Below, piece after piece: positions 21,376 through 31,562 of a stretch of DNA of 64,000 nt. Below the pieces are notes generated by a model. That model ran no database searches, was not told the origin of the DNA, and worked only from the letters and a program-made list of their open reading frames with translations. Location of the stretch: NCBI GenBank assembly GCA_963674695.2, contig CAXXGI010000001.1:128001-192000 (forward strand), written 5' to 3'. This stretch comes from a bacterium. Its GTDB lineage: Bacteria > UBA10199 > 2-02-FULL-44-16 > JAAZCA01. Each line of letters opens with the position of its first letter. The stretch's first letter is position 1. The position numbers and the translations under genes were made by a program.

Positions 21376-23052
21376 TTAGGTTTTCGTGTTTTCGAGCATC
21401 TCTTTCGCATGCGTCCGCGTGGTCTCGGTCACGCGTTTACCGCCGAGCATGCGCGCGACCTCTTCGATGCGCGCATCCGGCTCCAACAGATCGAGCGTGG
21501 TGAGCGTGCGACCACCGGCCACGCGCTTGGCGATAAGAAAATGCCGCCCACCGTACACGGCCACCTGCGGCAGATGCGTAATGCACAGGACCTGGCGATC
21601 GGCGGCCACCCGCGCGAGCTTGTGTCCCACGACGTCGGCGACCGCCCCCCCGATGCCGGCATCGACTTCATCGAAGACGGAGGTCGAGGTCATCCCCGTG
21701 CGATCGGCGAGCACGCTCTTGATCGCGAGCATCACGCGCGACAGTTCGCCGCCCGAGGCGATGCGGGCGAGCGCCTTCTCCGGTTCGCCCACGTTCGGCG
21801 CCATCAGAAACTCGATCCGGTCTGGCCCAGACTCATCCCACGCCGTCTCCGGACGCTCCTCGATGCCCACGGTAAAGCGCGTCTTGGCCATACCGAGATC
21901 GGCCAGTTCCTGAGCGATATTTTTTCCCATCTCCTTGGCCGCCGTGCGACGGCTGCGACGCCAACGCTGAACGATGCCACGCCGCGCCTCGGCGGCGAGC
22001 TCTAGCGCTTCGTTCTTCTCCTCGAGGCGCTCGTCGAAGTGCTCGATGGTGTCGATCTCAGCGGCGATCGCATCGCGACGCGCAAGCGCCGCTTCGATCG
22101 AGCCGCCGTGTTTGCGCGCAAGCGTTCGAATGAGGTGGAGCCGCTCCTCGAGTTCTTCGAGCTGTGCAGGATCGGCCTCGCAGGAATCCGCATAGTGCGA
22201 CAGCCCACGCGCGGCCTCCTCGACATCGGCTCGCGCACGATCGAGCGCCTCACGCCAGGCGTCCACGCTTGCATCGAACGGAACACACTCCGAAAGGAGC
22301 TGGGCCGCGCCATCGATGGCCTCCAACGCGGACCCCGCATCGCCATAGAGCTTATCCCAGGCGGCGCGCATCTTCTCCTCGAGCACCCCCGCATGCTTGA
22401 GCCGATTGCGCTGCGCCTCAATCTCAACATCCTCGCTGGGTTTCAGATCGGCGGCGTCGAGCTCCTGAAACTGATAGGTGAGGAAGTCGAGGCGCTCCCG
22501 TGCGGAACGCTTGCCCTCGATGAGCCCGTCGCGTTCACGCGCAATCGTCATCCATCGCGCATGCGCCTCGCGCCAAGAGGCCGCCTGCGCCTCAAGCCCG
22601 CCGAAGCAATCGACGAGCGCGGCGTGCTGCGCGGGATCGAGCAGGAACTGGTGCTCATGCTGGCTGGCCACATCGACGAGCTGCCCCGCGACCGCACGCA
22701 ACGTCCCCGCCGTCACCGGCACGCCGGAAATCGTCACGCGCCCCTTGCCCTGCACGCTCACCAGGCGGTGCACGATGAGCTCCTCCTCCACGGAGATACC
22801 GGCCTCGTCGAGAGCGGAACGCGCGCCGGGATTGAGATGAGCGCTGTCGAAGACCGCCGTCACACTCGCCTGCCCGGCACCCGCACGGATCAGATCGGTC
22901 TGCGCGCGCGCCCCGAGGACGAGCTTGAGGGCCTCGACGATGATCGTCTTTCCCGCGCCGGTCTCGCCGGTCATGACACTCAGACCCGGGCCGAACTCGA
23001 CCGTCAGCTCATCGATGATGGCGAAGTCTTTGATGTGAAGGGAGAGGAGCAT
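21376..23052 (-). CDS. recN: DNA repair protein RecN
   Basis: TGETGAGKT, ASGGELSRVMLA, FDEVDAGIGG, CITHLPQVA, EEVARMLGG. Confidence 0.96.
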   Translation of the reverse strand: MLLSLHIKDFAIIDELTVEFGPGLSVMTGETGAGKTIIVEALKLVLGARAQTDLIRAGAGQASVTAVFDSAHLNPGARSALDEAGISVEEELIVHRLVSVQGKGRVTISGVPVTAGTLRAVAGQLVDVASQHEHQFLLDPAQHAALVDCFGGLEAQAASWREAHARWMTIARERDGLIEGKRSARERLDFLTYQFQELDAADLKPSEDVEIEAQRNRLKHAGVLEEKMRAAWDKLYGDAGSALEAIDGAAQLLSECVPFDASVDAWREALDRARADVEEAARGLSHYADSCEADPAQLEELEERLHLIRTLARKHGGSIEAALARRDAIAAEIDTIEHFDERLEEKNEALELAAEARRGIVQRWRRSRRTAAKEMGKNIAQELADLGMAKTRFTVGIEERPETAWDESGPDRIEFLMAPNVGEPEKALARIASGGELSRVMLAIKSVLADRTGMTSTSVFDEVDAGIGGAVADVVGHKLARVAADRQVLCITHLPQVAVYGGRHFLIAKRVAGGRTLTTLDLLEPDARIEEVARMLGGKRVTETTRTHAKEMLENTKT

Positions 23053-23176
23053 TTCGTTTTCGACGCCTACCACGACCTTTCCCGGCCTGTCCAGCGTTTC
23101 GCCTCAGAAGGATCTATGAGACGAACGCTGTTTTTGGGGCTTGCCGTGAGTCCGCGGGACGTCTATTTTGGAGGGC

Positions 23177-24796
23177 ATGCGCACTCCTCTTCGAGCCCTC
23201 CTGCTCTTCCTGGCCACGCTGGCATTGGTCTTTTTGACCTATCGCCTCTTTTTCCGCTATGGATTCACGCACGAGTTCGGCATCTACGCCGACATCGGGC
23301 GCTCGTTGGCCAGCGGCGAAGGGTTTTCCACGCTCGCACTCCACCCGTCGAACCTGGCCTGGTTCGATGCCGCCGGTCTCGAATCGGCGCGGCTCATGCC
23401 CGCGGCCGATCGCTTTCCGCTCTGGGGGCTCTTCATCTCCGGCGTGATGCGCGTCATCGGTGCCACCGATCTAGCGATGGTCTTGGCCTGCGGCATCTCG
23501 CTGGCGCTGTTCGTCGTCGCCACCTATCTTCTCGGCAGAAAACTCTTCGATGAGACGACGGCACTGGTCGGAGCATTGCTCATCATGCTCTGCCCCACCT
23601 TTCTGAAATTTTTTGTCCTCTGGGGATATGCCGCCTTCCTCTTTGGGATCGCCACGCTCGCGCTGCTCTGGATGCTCACCGTCCTGCCCGAATCGAAACC
23701 GCGCCGGCAGATGCTCCTGGCCCTACTCATCGGCGCCACACTCGGGCTGGGATATCTCATCCGCCCGAACATGATCCTCTGGCTCCCGATCGCCCTCATC
23801 GCCGAAGCGTATGTCCTGCGCGGATGGCGTGCCGTGGGGGCGATGGCACTGACGCTCGGGGCGGGACTTCTGGTGACCGCGCCGTATCTGATCTGGATGG
23901 AGGGAACCTTCGGCACGCTCGTGCCGATGGCCTTCTCGCACAACCTGGGCTCACTCGGCAGTGGCGCGGCGCGCCCGTTTCTCGATTATGCCGCGCACGA
24001 CACGCTGGCCACCGTGACGACCCAGCCGCTGGCCCTGCTGACCAAAGCGGCGCGCAACCTCCTGGCGTACCTGACGGATCTGCCGCTGTTGTGGCAGATG
24101 ACGCTCGTCTTTCCGTTCTTCGTCGTCGCGATCTTCCAACGAAACGCAGCGCGCCCACGACGCCTGTTGACGATAGCCCTCATCTTCCTGGCGACCTGCA
24201 TCGCGGCATTTGCCTTTGTGCGCTATGAACGCTTCGGCCCCTTCGCCAAGGGACGCTATTTCGTCTGGTTCGCCCCCGTTCTCGTCCTCTTCGGCGTCGA
24301 AGGCTTCCGTCGACTCGCTGCACGTTTTCTCCCGGCACAGGCAAAAACGGCGCTGCGCATCTTTGTACTCGCAACGATGGCGCTCTATGCGCTCGTCTTC
24401 AGCTTCGTCTACAACAACATCGCCGATGAAACCGGGGGACGCGCCCTCATCGAAACGCCCGCCTTTGTCGCGTTGGCAAAAATTCCGGAGGAAAATGCAC
24501 GGATCGCCACGAACATCCCCGCGCAGGTGGCCTGGTATCTCGACCGCCCGAGTGTGAGCCTCCCCAATACGCCGGAGGAACTCGTCGCCCTGCAATCGCG
24601 CCACCCGATCAGCGCCCTCTTCATCAGCACGCTCGTAGCCGGCGAGATGCACCACCACGAGGCGTGGACACGCATGCTCACCGATCCGAATCAACTCGAC
24701 GCGTTTCTGCACGCCACCGGCCTTAGCACCGTGGTCACCTTCCCGAAGGGAATTTTGCTCCTGCCACAATCCGCCCCTCAACATCCGAATTCGTAA
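23177..24796 (+). CDS. Multi-pass membrane glycosyltransferase, GT-C fold (ArnT/PMT-like)
   Basis: Acidic loop after TM1 (HEFGIYADIGRSL), many TMs, LIRPN and RYF motifs, periplasmic C-terminal domain. Confidence 0.65.
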   Translation: MRTPLRALLLFLATLALVFLTYRLFFRYGFTHEFGIYADIGRSLASGEGFSTLALHPSNLAWFDAAGLESARLMPAADRFPLWGLFISGVMRVIGATDLAMVLACGISLALFVVATYLLGRKLFDETTALVGALLIMLCPTFLKFFVLWGYAAFLFGIATLALLWMLTVLPESKPRRQMLLALLIGATLGLGYLIRPNMILWLPIALIAEAYVLRGWRAVGAMALTLGAGLLVTAPYLIWMEGTFGTLVPMAFSHNLGSLGSGAARPFLDYAAHDTLATVTTQPLALLTKAARNLLAYLTDLPLLWQMTLVFPFFVVAIFQRNAARPRRLLTIALIFLATCIAAFAFVRYERFGPFAKGRYFVWFAPVLVLFGVEGFRRLAARFLPAQAKTALRIFVLATMALYALVFSFVYNNIADETGGRALIETPAFVALAKIPEENARIATNIPAQVAWYLDRPSVSLPNTPEELVALQSRHPISALFISTLVAGEMHHHEAWTRMLTDPNQLDAFLHATGLSTVVTFPKGILLLPQSAPQHPNS

Positions 24797-24822
24797 CATG
24801 GGGATCTCCAATCATTCTGATG

Positions 24823-24902
24823 TGCCGCCGCGAGGGGAAATCGGGTGTGTCTGGAACAAGCTTCATCTGTGAAGATGCACCCGATTTCCCCGGGAGGCGG
24901 CA
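24823..24902. repeat. Structured hairpin repeat, copy 2
   Basis: About 80 nt, nearly identical to 44031..44108 with a compensatory stem change. Confidence 0.85.
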
Positions 24903-24975
24903 AACAAACCCCAGCCTTTCGAGATACCCATGTTTCTCCTTGCGGTGTGAACGGGGGGCGTGTTTACCTGCTCCC

Positions 24976-26319
24976 ATGAGCACCCTCTTCTCGCAGACCG
25001 GACGACAGCCGCTGGCCGAGCGCATGCGCCCACGCATGGTCGCAGAGGTCGCGGGGCAACAACATCTCATCGGCCCGGGGAAACCGCTCACCGCACTGAT
25101 CGAGGCCGACACCGTTCCCTCGCTCATCTTCTGGGGACCGCCGGGAACGGGAAAGACGACGCTCGCGCGCATCATCGCGGGGCAGACCAAGGCCAAATTC
25201 CATCATCTCTCTGCGGTCCTGTCCGGCGTCGCCGAGCTGCGCGAGATCATCAAGGCCGCGCGCGCCGAGCGCGATTTTCAGGGACGCCCCAACATCCTCT
25301 TCATCGATGAGATCCACCGCTGGAACAAGGCGCAGCAGGATGCGCTGCTGCCGCACGTCGAGGATGGCACGATCACGCTGATCGGCTCGACCACCGAGAA
25401 CCCGAGCTTCGAGGTAATCGGTCCGCTGCTCTCGCGCACGAAGGTCTATGTCTTGGAACCCATCGATCCGGAGGAAATTCGCACGCTCGTCATGCGCGCG
25501 CTGGAGGATAACGAGCGCGGCCTCGGGCGGATGAAACTGAGCATCGACGATGATGCACTGGCATTCGTCTGCGATGGCGCCGATGGCGATGCGCGCCGCG
25601 CCTACAACACGATCGAGATTGCGGCCGATTTGGCGAGTCAGGCGAGTCAGGCGAGTCAGGCCAGTCAGGCCAGTCAGGCCAGTCAGGTAAAGCGGATAAC
25701 GTTATCGTTGGTTGAGGCGGCGGTTCAACGCAAAAGCCTCTTGTACGACAAGAAGGGCGAGGAGCATTACAACGTCATCTCCGCGTTCATCAAGAGCATG
25801 CGCGGTTCGGATCCGGATGCGGCCGTCTATTATCTGGCGCGGATGCTGGAGGCCGGCGAGGATCCGCTCTTCGTCGCGCGCCGCATGGTGATCTTCGCCT
25901 CAGAGGATGTCGGCAACGCCGACCCGCACGGAGTGCAGGTGGCGATCAGCTGCATGCAGTCCTACAATTTTGTCGGCATGCCCGAGGGCTGGATTCCGCT
26001 CGCACAGTGCGCAACCTATCTGGCCTCGGCCCCGAAGAGCAACGCGAGCTACATGTCCTACAAGCGCGCCAAGGCCGACATCAATGAACACGGCATCCTC
26101 CCCACGCCGAAACACCTGCGCAACGCGCCGACAAAGATGATGAAAGAGATGGGGTACGGCAAGGACTACAAATACGCCCACGACTTCGAGGGCCACATTG
26201 TGCCGAACGAACAATACCTGCCCGACGCGCTCAAAAACGCGCGCTACTACAAACCGACCGAGAATGGATATGAGAAGATTATTTCCGAGCGATTGAAGGG
26301 ATGGAGAAAGGTGAAGTAG
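24976..26319 (+). CDS. rarA: Replication-associated recombination protein A (RarA/MgsA)
   Basis: [64 protein letters not shown]. Confidence 0.96.
   Translation: MSTLFSQTGRQPLAERMRPRMVAEVAGQQHLIGPGKPLTALIEADTVPSLIFWGPPGTGKTTLARIIAGQTKAKFHHLSAVLSGVAELREIIKAARAERDFQGRPNILFIDEIHRWNKAQQDALLPHVEDGTITLIGSTTENPSFEVIGPLLSRTKVYVLEPIDPEEIRTLVMRALEDNERGLGRMKLSIDDDALAFVCDGADGDARRAYNTIEIAADLASQASQASQASQASQASQVKRITLSLVEAAVQRKSLLYDKKGEEHYNVISAFIKSMRGSDPDAAVYYLARMLEAGEDPLFVARRMVIFASEDVGNADPHGVQVAISCMQSYNFVGMPEGWIPLAQCATYLASAPKSNASYMSYKRAKADINEHGILPTPKHLRNAPTKMMKEMGYGKDYKYAHDFEGHIVPNEQYLPDALKNARYYKPTENGYEKIISERLKGWRKVK
25633..25686 (+). repeat. In-frame 9-bp tandem repeat (GCSAGTCAG)x6 encoding (ASQ)6 in rarA
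   Basis: 3x GCGAGTCAG then 3x GCCAGTCAG. Confidence 0.9.
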
Positions 26320-26440
26320 CGCCACCGGCTCTAAAGATCCCGCCTGTCAATTTCTTGACGAACATCCGTCAAATTCCCATGCTGATTTAGTGGGAAGTAG
26401 TAAAACTCATTTTATTTCAACGCATTACTACTGCACCGCA

Positions 26441-26457
26441 CTGGCACACACCTTGCT
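26441..26457 (+). promoter_or_regulatory. Putative sigma54 -24/-12 promoter
   Basis: CTGGCACACACCTTGCT fits TGGCAC-N5-TTGC; about 45 nt upstream of the lipoprotein ATG, after an AT-rich stretch. Confidence 0.6.
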
Positions 26458-26501
26458 ACAATATAAGCTTGCCGGGGACAGTCGAGAGGAAGGCATTTCA
26501 A

Positions 26502-27809
26502 ATGAAACTCAAACACGTCGCGGTAATTTTTTACTGCCTCGCAGCCATTCCGCTCATCGCCGGATGCAGGGGGGGCGGACAGATCACGGGTGGTTTTTTC
26601 GATTCGACCGGCGCAAGCTCCGAAGGCGACGGCGACATCGGAATCATCATGGACGATCCCTCGTCCGACGAGCCGGGCAACCTGACACCGCCCGCCGATG
26701 AAGGCCAAGACATCGCCAACCGCGGTGATATCGCCCAGGGTGACGACGATGATGACAGCACCCCTCCCGCCGGAGACGATGATACCGGCGATCAGGGCGA
26801 TGACGATGACGACAATATTGGGGAACCCGTTCGTGCCATCAAATCGATCACACTCCTGAATAACAACAACATGCTCATGAATGAGATCACATTTTCCTAC
26901 GATGAGAACAGCCACACACTCAGCGAAGCCGAAGCAAAACCTTACCTCCCACACCCCTATGATAAATACGAATCGTATCGGATGAAATACCACTGGAACG
27001 AGCAAGGCATCGATGAAGTCGCCATCCTCCTCAAAAAACAGGGTACTCAGGATGAAATGAAGTTTCGTTTTCGGCTCAACCGAGACTCCGACGGAACGCT
27101 CGAATCGAGCAGGCTCGATTTCTTTCCCGACGACATCCAACCCCCCATTTGGATCCCGGTGGCAAGCACAACCTACACCTGGTCGACAGACCGGAGCGTT
27201 CGGAGCGACGTGACCGCCTTCTTTATGCAAGGATCCACGATCTTCGAGACCCCCGCCGACACCACCCGCATCACCGACACCGTCACGTTCGGCGATGGCG
27301 AGCAACCACAGCAAAGATGTCGGTGTCACTTCACGGACACCGGAAACCAGTGTCAGTGGACCTCGTATGCATACGACAGTGATGGCCGGCTGGATAAGTT
27401 CTCCACCTACCGCACAACGAAATGCACGGAGCAAGACCAACTGATTCGAAAACTGGACATCGTCGGCAACACCCAAGACGACCTGGTGGCATCGATCCTA
27501 CTGTCTACGTTTGATGAAACGCAACAGGACATTATCTCGTTCAAGGGAGACCTCGTACACGATACAGCGACGAGTAAAATGCTGATCCTTCAGCCACCGA
27601 ATCCCGACGCACTGCTCGACATCGACTACGCATTCGAATTGCTCCCTGAGCCGCCACGGATGCCACCGATCGATCTGCTGCCGGATATGCTCATCCATCA
27701 ATATCTGAACTCGGCGGTGGCCGTCACAGATCTCTGGCTATTCCAGTCGCTGGCAATCATGAACTACAGCGCCGTCTTCAGGGATGGCAGGGGCCTCGTT
27801 ATACAGTGA
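26502..27809 (+). CDS. Hypothetical lipoprotein with Asp-rich N-terminal region
   Basis: Lipobox LIAGC; GDDDD repeats; beta-rich body with YAYDSDGRL-like segments. Confidence 0.7.
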   Translation: MKLKHVAVIFYCLAAIPLIAGCRGGGQITGGFFDSTGASSEGDGDIGIIMDDPSSDEPGNLTPPADEGQDIANRGDIAQGDDDDDSTPPAGDDDTGDQGDDDDDNIGEPVRAIKSITLLNNNNMLMNEITFSYDENSHTLSEAEAKPYLPHPYDKYESYRMKYHWNEQGIDEVAILLKKQGTQDEMKFRFRLNRDSDGTLESSRLDFFPDDIQPPIWIPVASTTYTWSTDRSVRSDVTAFFMQGSTIFETPADTTRITDTVTFGDGEQPQQRCRCHFTDTGNQCQWTSYAYDSDGRLDKFSTYRTTKCTEQDQLIRKLDIVGNTQDDLVASILLSTFDETQQDIISFKGDLVHDTATSKMLILQPPNPDALLDIDYAFELLPEPPRMPPIDLLPDMLIHQYLNSAVAVTDLWLFQSLAIMNYSAVFRDGRGLVIQ

Positions 27810-27862
27810 AGACCGACCAGGCATGCGCCGCGCGTCTGAAAAGCTGGCGAAAGCCTTCATGA

Positions 27863-28822
27863 TCAGAGCGACCTTCCGCTGAGCACGGCCGAGACCGCAA
27901 CGCCCAACACCAACAACAATCCGAAGAGGAACATGAGTTTGGCCGTCTCTTCCGGCGCACCCGTCAGCGCGGAGGGCCCGACGACGCGTGCGGCGCGCGC
28001 CTGAAGGACGAGGGCGATCGCCAGCGGAATCGTGCCGAGCATGGCGAGCGACCCCCACGGCAGCGACCCACCGATGACGGCCATGACCGTCATCACATAG
28101 GCTGCGGACAGAATCAGAATAAAGAAATGCGCTCCCGCGCGAAGGCCAAGCCGCCCCTCGAATGTCGTCACGCCCGCCGCGCGATCGTCTTCGATATCGC
28201 GCAGATTGTTCATGATAAGGATGGCCGCGACAAAAAGCCCCAAGGGAATGGCCGCGACGATCGCCGTCCAGGAGAACGCTTCGGCCTGCACGAGATACGC
28301 ACCCAGCGTAATTCCAATGCCGAAAGTGAAGAATACCGTCACATCCCCCAACGCGCGATACTTGAGCGACAACGGCGGGAAGCCATACCCGAATGCGGCG
28401 AGCGCCCCCAGGATCATGAGTGCCGCGATCGGCCAGCCGACGGCGATGATCAGCGGCACGCCGCAGGCAAAGGCGATGGTGAGCGCGACGCCTGCCCCCA
28501 CGAGCGTTTCGCGCATCGTCATCTGACCCGTCACCAGCAGTCCGTTGCCGCCCTGCGTCCCGGGTCGATCGACGCCGCGGCGAACGTCTTCATAATCGTT
28601 GATGAGGTTTCCCCCCGTATGCGCGGCGATGACGCCGACGAGGACGAGGAGCGCGCGATCGAGGTGAAAGGGATAGCCTTGGGCCCACGCGAGCACGGTT
28701 CCCAAAAGGGCGGGCATGATGGAGGCGGGATAGGCGTAGGGGCGAACGGCACGAAACCATCGCAAAACCCGTGACGCGTGACTCGTGACACGTGACTCGT
28801 AAAGAGCACCATCATCAGTCAT
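27863..28822 (-). CDS. menA: 1,4-dihydroxy-2-naphthoate prenyltransferase (UbiA family)
   Basis: AVRP, NLINDYEDVRRGVD, LKYRALGD, NNLRDIEDDRAAGVTT. Confidence 0.85.
   Translation of the reverse strand: MTDDGALYESRVTSHASRVLRWFRAVRPYAYPASIMPALLGTVLAWAQGYPFHLDRALLVLVGVIAAHTGGNLINDYEDVRRGVDRPGTQGGNGLLVTGQMTMRETLVGAGVALTIAFACGVPLIIAVGWPIAALMILGALAAFGYGFPPLSLKYRALGDVTVFFTFGIGITLGAYLVQAEAFSWTAIVAAIPLGLFVAAILIMNNLRDIEDDRAAGVTTFEGRLGLRAGAHFFILILSAAYVMTVMAVIGGSLPWGSLAMLGTIPLAIALVLQARAARVVGPSALTGAPEETAKLMFLFGLLLVLGVAVSAVLSGRSL
28770..28800. repeat. Heptamer repeat (CGTGACN)x4 inside the menA 5' end
   Basis: CGTGACG CGTGACT CGTGACA CGTGACT; encodes ESRVTSHASRV. Confidence 0.8.
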
Positions 28823-28847
28823 AGCAAATCGCTCCCCATGGAATACA

Positions 28848-29678
28848 TCAAGAAAACGACAGATAGGCGATACTCGAAAGGCCGGCGGCCCAGCAGTAGT
28901 AGGCGAACCAGGAGAAGTGACCGCGGCGAATGATCGCGAGCAGCCACTTGATGCAGACGACCCCCACGATGGCGGCGACGACCGTACCGACGATGGTCGC
29001 GATGATGCTGGCCTGAGAGAGCGCGGCGAGATCATCGAGCTTGAGCACCGTCGCCCCGGCGATCACCGGAACCGCGAGCAAAAAGGAGAAGCGCGCGGCG
29101 AGCGTGCGATCGATGCCGAGATAGAGACCGGTTGAAATCGTCGTCCCGGAGCGCGAGATCCCGGGGATAATCGCCAAGGACTGCCCCAGCCCGATGGCGA
29201 GCGAATGCCACCAGCGCATGCGCGAGAGTCCTGCTCCATCACGTCGGACAAACCGCGTGCCGAAGAGGATCGTGCCGGTCACGAGCAGCATCACCGCCGC
29301 CGCGATCGGCGAGGAGACGAGCCGCTCGAAGAACTCCTCGAACCCCAGGCCGATGATCACGGCGGGAATCGTGCCGAGGATGATGAACAGCCCCAAACGC
29401 CGGGCCAGCTTCGGTTCGAGCGAAGCCCCGCCCCGCGCCGGTCGATTGATGAACCCGCGACAGATGTCGATGATATCCCGTCGAAAGACGATGAGCACGG
29501 CCACGAGCGTGCCGAAGTGGAGGCAGACATCGAAGGCCAAAAGTCCCGCCCCTTCGAGCTCGATGCCGAGGAGATATTGTGCGATGACGAGATGACCGGA
29601 GCTGGAGACCGGGAGGAACTCGGTCGCCCCCTGCAGGGCCCCGAGCAGAACGGCTTTGATCAGAGAGAGATCGTGCAT
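28848..29678 (-). CDS. uppP: Undecaprenyl-diphosphate phosphatase
   Basis: LGALQGATEFLPVSSSGHL, HFGT, PGISRSGTTI, ARFSFLLAVP. Confidence 0.96.
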   Translation of the reverse strand: MHDLSLIKAVLLGALQGATEFLPVSSSGHLVIAQYLLGIELEGAGLLAFDVCLHFGTLVAVLIVFRRDIIDICRGFINRPARGGASLEPKLARRLGLFIILGTIPAVIIGLGFEEFFERLVSSPIAAAVMLLVTGTILFGTRFVRRDGAGLSRMRWWHSLAIGLGQSLAIIPGISRSGTTISTGLYLGIDRTLAARFSFLLAVPVIAGATVLKLDDLAALSQASIIATIVGTVVAAIVGVVCIKWLLAIIRRGHFSWFAYYCWAAGLSSIAYLSFS

Positions 29679-29701
29679 AAAAAAATACGGAATGCATCCA
29701 G

Positions 29702-29775
29702 CGGGGCTGACGGGACTCGAACCCGCGACCTCCTGCGTGACAGGCAGGCGATCTAACCAATTGATCTACAGCCCC
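29702..29775 (-). tRNA. tRNA-Asp(GTC)
   Basis: GGGGCTGTAGATCAATTGGTTAGATCGCCTGCCTGTCACGCAGGAGGTCGCGGGTTCGAGTCCCGTCAGCCCCG; CCA not encoded. Confidence 0.95.
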
Positions 29776-29866
29776 GCTGAGTGCATTCCGTCCTTCGGCG
29801 CGCCCTTTTATTGGATTGGCCAATAAAGTCAAAACATTTCAACGAGAGCCGCCGGGGAAAACCCTG

Positions 29867-29938
29867 TGGGCGTTGCAGGATTTGAACCTGCGACCCTCCG
29901 CGTGTAAGGCGGACGCTCTCCCGCTGAGCTAAACGCCC
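29867..29938 (-). tRNA. tRNA-Val(TAC)
   Basis: GGGCGTTTAGCTCAGCGGGAGAGCGTCCGCCTTACACGCGGAGGGTCGCAGGTTCAAATCCTGCAACGCCCA. Confidence 0.95.
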
Positions 29939-30032
29939 GAATCGAGGCGCACCATGCCAACGCATGACGAGAAGATCAAGCGAAATCAAGGGGATGAAGG
30001 GAGTGCGCAAACCCTGCCGCAGAGCGCCCACA

Positions 30033-30059
30033 GAAAGGCCGGGGGCATGCCCCCGGCCT
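30033..30059 (-). terminator. Probable terminator of the surface-protein operon
   Basis: Perfect palindrome AGGCCGGGGGCATGCCCCCGGCCT followed by a short U-run on the minus strand. Confidence 0.55.
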
Positions 30060-30140
30060 GCTGATGGTAGGCCCTGTTATTGTCATCCTGGGACTTTATC
30101 AGCAATCTGATCCGGGGAGATGCCCGCAGATAACACCCTC

Positions 30141-31538
30141 CTAAAATAGCACCAGGTCCTCATACGGAAAGGCCGATGTATTGAGAACCGTCAGGCGATT
30201 TCCATCGGTCGTGTCGATCGTACCGATGACATAGGTGTTGTCCGAAAAACGCAGGCCATCGAAGTAGATCAGCCCCGACTGCGCATAGTCGAAGTGATAG
30301 ACCTCGATGTCGTTTGCACCGAGGAGGTCGATCTCCTCAGCCGTACTCGGCGTGAAGAGCACGAATCGGTTCGCAAGCGCCTGATCGTATCCAGCAATGA
30401 GCAGCTGATCGAGAATATTGCGCACCAGCGTCGGGCGATAGACCGATGTGTCGATCGGCTTCACATCCGGATAGTACTGCCACACCGATGTCATATCAGG
30501 ATATCCGACGATGGTGTACACCGCACCGGAGGGCACGCGCATGACCTGCTCGACCCAACTTCCTTGGGACAGGCAAAAACCATAATGCAGGTCCCACGCA
30601 TCGCCCTCACAGGAATCCTGTTCATTATCACCGACGTCGTAAACAACGCCATATCCCTCAACATTATCGGCCCCGATGAAGATATCCGAATAGAATCCAT
30701 TACCATCAATCCGATAGACACCGCGTTCATTGATCTGTTGAACAGAAACAAAGACATCTTCGCCAAGCTCGACAAGCTCACCCATCTCCCAACCGAGATT
30801 GATATTCGCCAAACCGGCATTACGATCGAAACGGCGCAAAAACTGGGAACCAGTGGAAACCGTCCTGCCATAAAGATACACCGTACCATCGCCACCGACC
30901 AAAAACCGATCCAAATCGATATTGTCATTGAGCAACTCTTCGTTCCCGCTCTCAATAGACCAGCGGCGCAAAACGGCTTTTCCACTCCCGTCAATCCCCG
31001 CGTAATAAACGCCCCCGTCCGAATCATATTGAATCCAATCGTTCACACCGTTCTCACAACTGACGCTTGCGAGATCCCGATCGATACAGACAAAGGTACT
31101 ATCCTGACCCACGCGAAGAAGGATACAGGGCCCATCACCATCATCGATCGGACTGGCCAGAACAATAAAGACGGAGCCATCCGATGCAATCATCAAATCA
31201 CTGATGGAGAGCGAATCGTCGAACTCAACAAATTCATCGATCGCGCCATCCGTAAGGAGCTTCCCATATCGCGTTTGAAACGCCCGCCCCTCCTTCGAAA
31301 CGCTTTGCGCTCCCAGTTCTGGCGACAACCGAACAAACCCAACCGCACCATCCAAAGTAAACTGCAACCCCTTCTGAACCGTCTCTTCCTCTGTTTGATT
31401 TGTCTCTTCCTCTGTTTGATTTGTCTCTTCCTCCGCAACACTTTCATCTGCCGCTTCCCCCGCAGGATCACCACCCGGCGCGCCACCACCACATCCGACG
31501 ATCAGTAAACAGGCAAGAATGATATACGCCTTTTTCAT
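30141..31538 (-). CDS. Hypothetical lipoprotein, possible beta-propeller, with EEETNQT repeats
   Basis: Lipobox LIVGC; 21-nt tandem repeat at about 31381-31432; beta-rich repeats; more AT-rich codon usage. Confidence 0.72.
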   Translation of the reverse strand: MKKAYIILACLLIVGCGGGAPGGDPAGEAADESVAEEETNQTEEETNQTEEETVQKGLQFTLDGAVGFVRLSPELGAQSVSKEGRAFQTRYGKLLTDGAIDEFVEFDDSLSISDLMIASDGSVFIVLASPIDDGDGPCILLRVGQDSTFVCIDRDLASVSCENGVNDWIQYDSDGGVYYAGIDGSGKAVLRRWSIESGNEELLNDNIDLDRFLVGGDGTVYLYGRTVSTGSQFLRRFDRNAGLANINLGWEMGELVELGEDVFVSVQQINERGVYRIDGNGFYSDIFIGADNVEGYGVVYDVGDNEQDSCEGDAWDLHYGFCLSQGSWVEQVMRVPSGAVYTIVGYPDMTSVWQYYPDVKPIDTSVYRPTLVRNILDQLLIAGYDQALANRFVLFTPSTAEEIDLLGANDIEVYHFDYAQSGLIYFDGLRFSDNTYVIGTIDTTDGNRLTVLNTSAFPYEDLVLF

Positions 31539-31562
31539 AACACCTCCTCTTGTATAAACCCA

